Assembly: GCA_051362555.1 (NCBI GenBank)
Contig: CM120644.1
Coordinates: 20,854,534 to 20,918,533 of the forward strand
Direction of reading: 5' to 3'
Length of the DNA stretch: 64,000 nucleotides
DNA from: Lingula anatina
Lineage: Eukaryota > Animalia > Brachiopoda
The notes under the pieces were generated by a model. The model saw only the letters and a list, made by a program, of their open reading frames with translations, did not search any database and was not told the DNA's origin. How positions within the stretch are numbered: the stretch's first letter is position 1; each line of letters begins with the position of its first letter. The position numbers and the translations under genes are program-made. This document shows, piece after piece, positions 62,810-64,000 of the stretch.

Positions 62810-64000
62810 TTGTATTAATACAAACACATTTTGATACAATTGCTATGATCTCACAACAGAATACAAGGATAATATATATGTATTGAACCAATGATGGCTC
62901 CGCCTTCTCAAGACTGTTAGAGACGCCGGTTGACATAGTGGTCACACGTGTGTGGATGTGTGGTGTGACATGAAACAAAGGAAGCGACAGTGGAAATGCA
63001 TTATTTTCTGTCAATTTTTTGCTATAAATCGTAACGTGATTTAGCTGCAAGGTGTGCTCAGCATTATCTGAATTATGACCATAACATATGCATTAAAGTA
63101 ATTCAGAATACAAATTACATTTGAATATAGAATATAAATTTGAATAAATGGTATGGAATATTAACCGCTATTTTGCATTTTCTAAACCATTAATCATGAT
63201 ACATATGGTATCTGGAATAAAAAGCACTGTTTATAACAATTCACACCTGTGAGGTGATCTTTTATAAATAAAAAAATCACATGGCATTGGAGGTGGAACA
63301 ACCTTCTTGACCAGTAGGGTTCAATTTTGACCATATGCTCACATACACTCCGGCGTCTCAAGATTGCGGCGTCTATTCTACAAATCGATTCTAAAGCGAA
63401 CTAAGAAAATTCATCATAGTGTAAAAATAGGACCATGATGTGGAGACTTCAGACGAATAAATCGAATGGCACTTTGTACGTGACTATATTATATCGTGCC
63501 GATGATAGAGTACCACCATTTCCTCAGTTCTACCCTTCAGTTCGGTGGGTCCCCCCGGAATACCACACGCCTCTCACCGACCTCATTACTTCACCATTGA
63601 TTAATACGGAGGCAGTAGAAAAAAACACATTCAAAACATAGCTAAAAAGGCCAACTAACATAAAAGAGATATTCAGAAATTAAAACAAAATGACTCCTCG
63701 TTTCCGGTACACGTACAGTTGATCCACATCAATCTGGTGATTATAGTCACGTGATAAAACACAGAACATTAAGATATTTTTCATTTGCACACAAATATAG
63801 CAGTTAAATGTGGACATTTCCTGGGAGAAGAGGATCGAGTGAAGAGTGAGGAGAAAAGTTTAATAAAAAATACCCAGTCTATTACAGGCCTAAATATAGC
63901 GGGGGAGGTCGGAGTGATGGCCAGTGTAGAGGGAACGACTGTTAATGGCGGAAAAAGAGCAATTCCGTGTTGGGTGCAGGCGGTCCTAGCACCTGCAGGG

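Overview
AT-rich, intron-rich animal genomic DNA, probably a lophotrochozoan invertebrate such as a mollusc (inferred only from gene content and repeat types). By reading splice sites and translating by hand I reconstruct three genes: the 3' part of a calaxin/EFCAB1-like EF-hand gene (+, 1-4424), a complete 126-aa C2orf76-like gene (-, 7456-9906), and, head-to-head with it, a complete NFX1 gene (+, 11355-40546; 21 coding exons, 3201 nt, 1066 aa; RING, NF-X1 zinc fingers, R3H). Introns and intergenic DNA are filled with non-autonomous DNA elements: Helentron/DINE-1-like elements carrying 161-bp and 146-bp satellites and nested in each other, MITEs with 5-bp, TTAA and TTA target-site duplications, a decayed LINE and tRNA-like remnants. 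The most unusual signal is that tandem repeats in all three genes are repeatedly built from exon-intron junctions, forming arrays of intact splice donors or acceptors. Two arrays in NFX1 have 45-bp, stop-free, in-frame units (13 donors; 11 acceptors), so alternative site use could add 15-aa modules to the protein. No searches or computations were run; family names come from recalled motifs.
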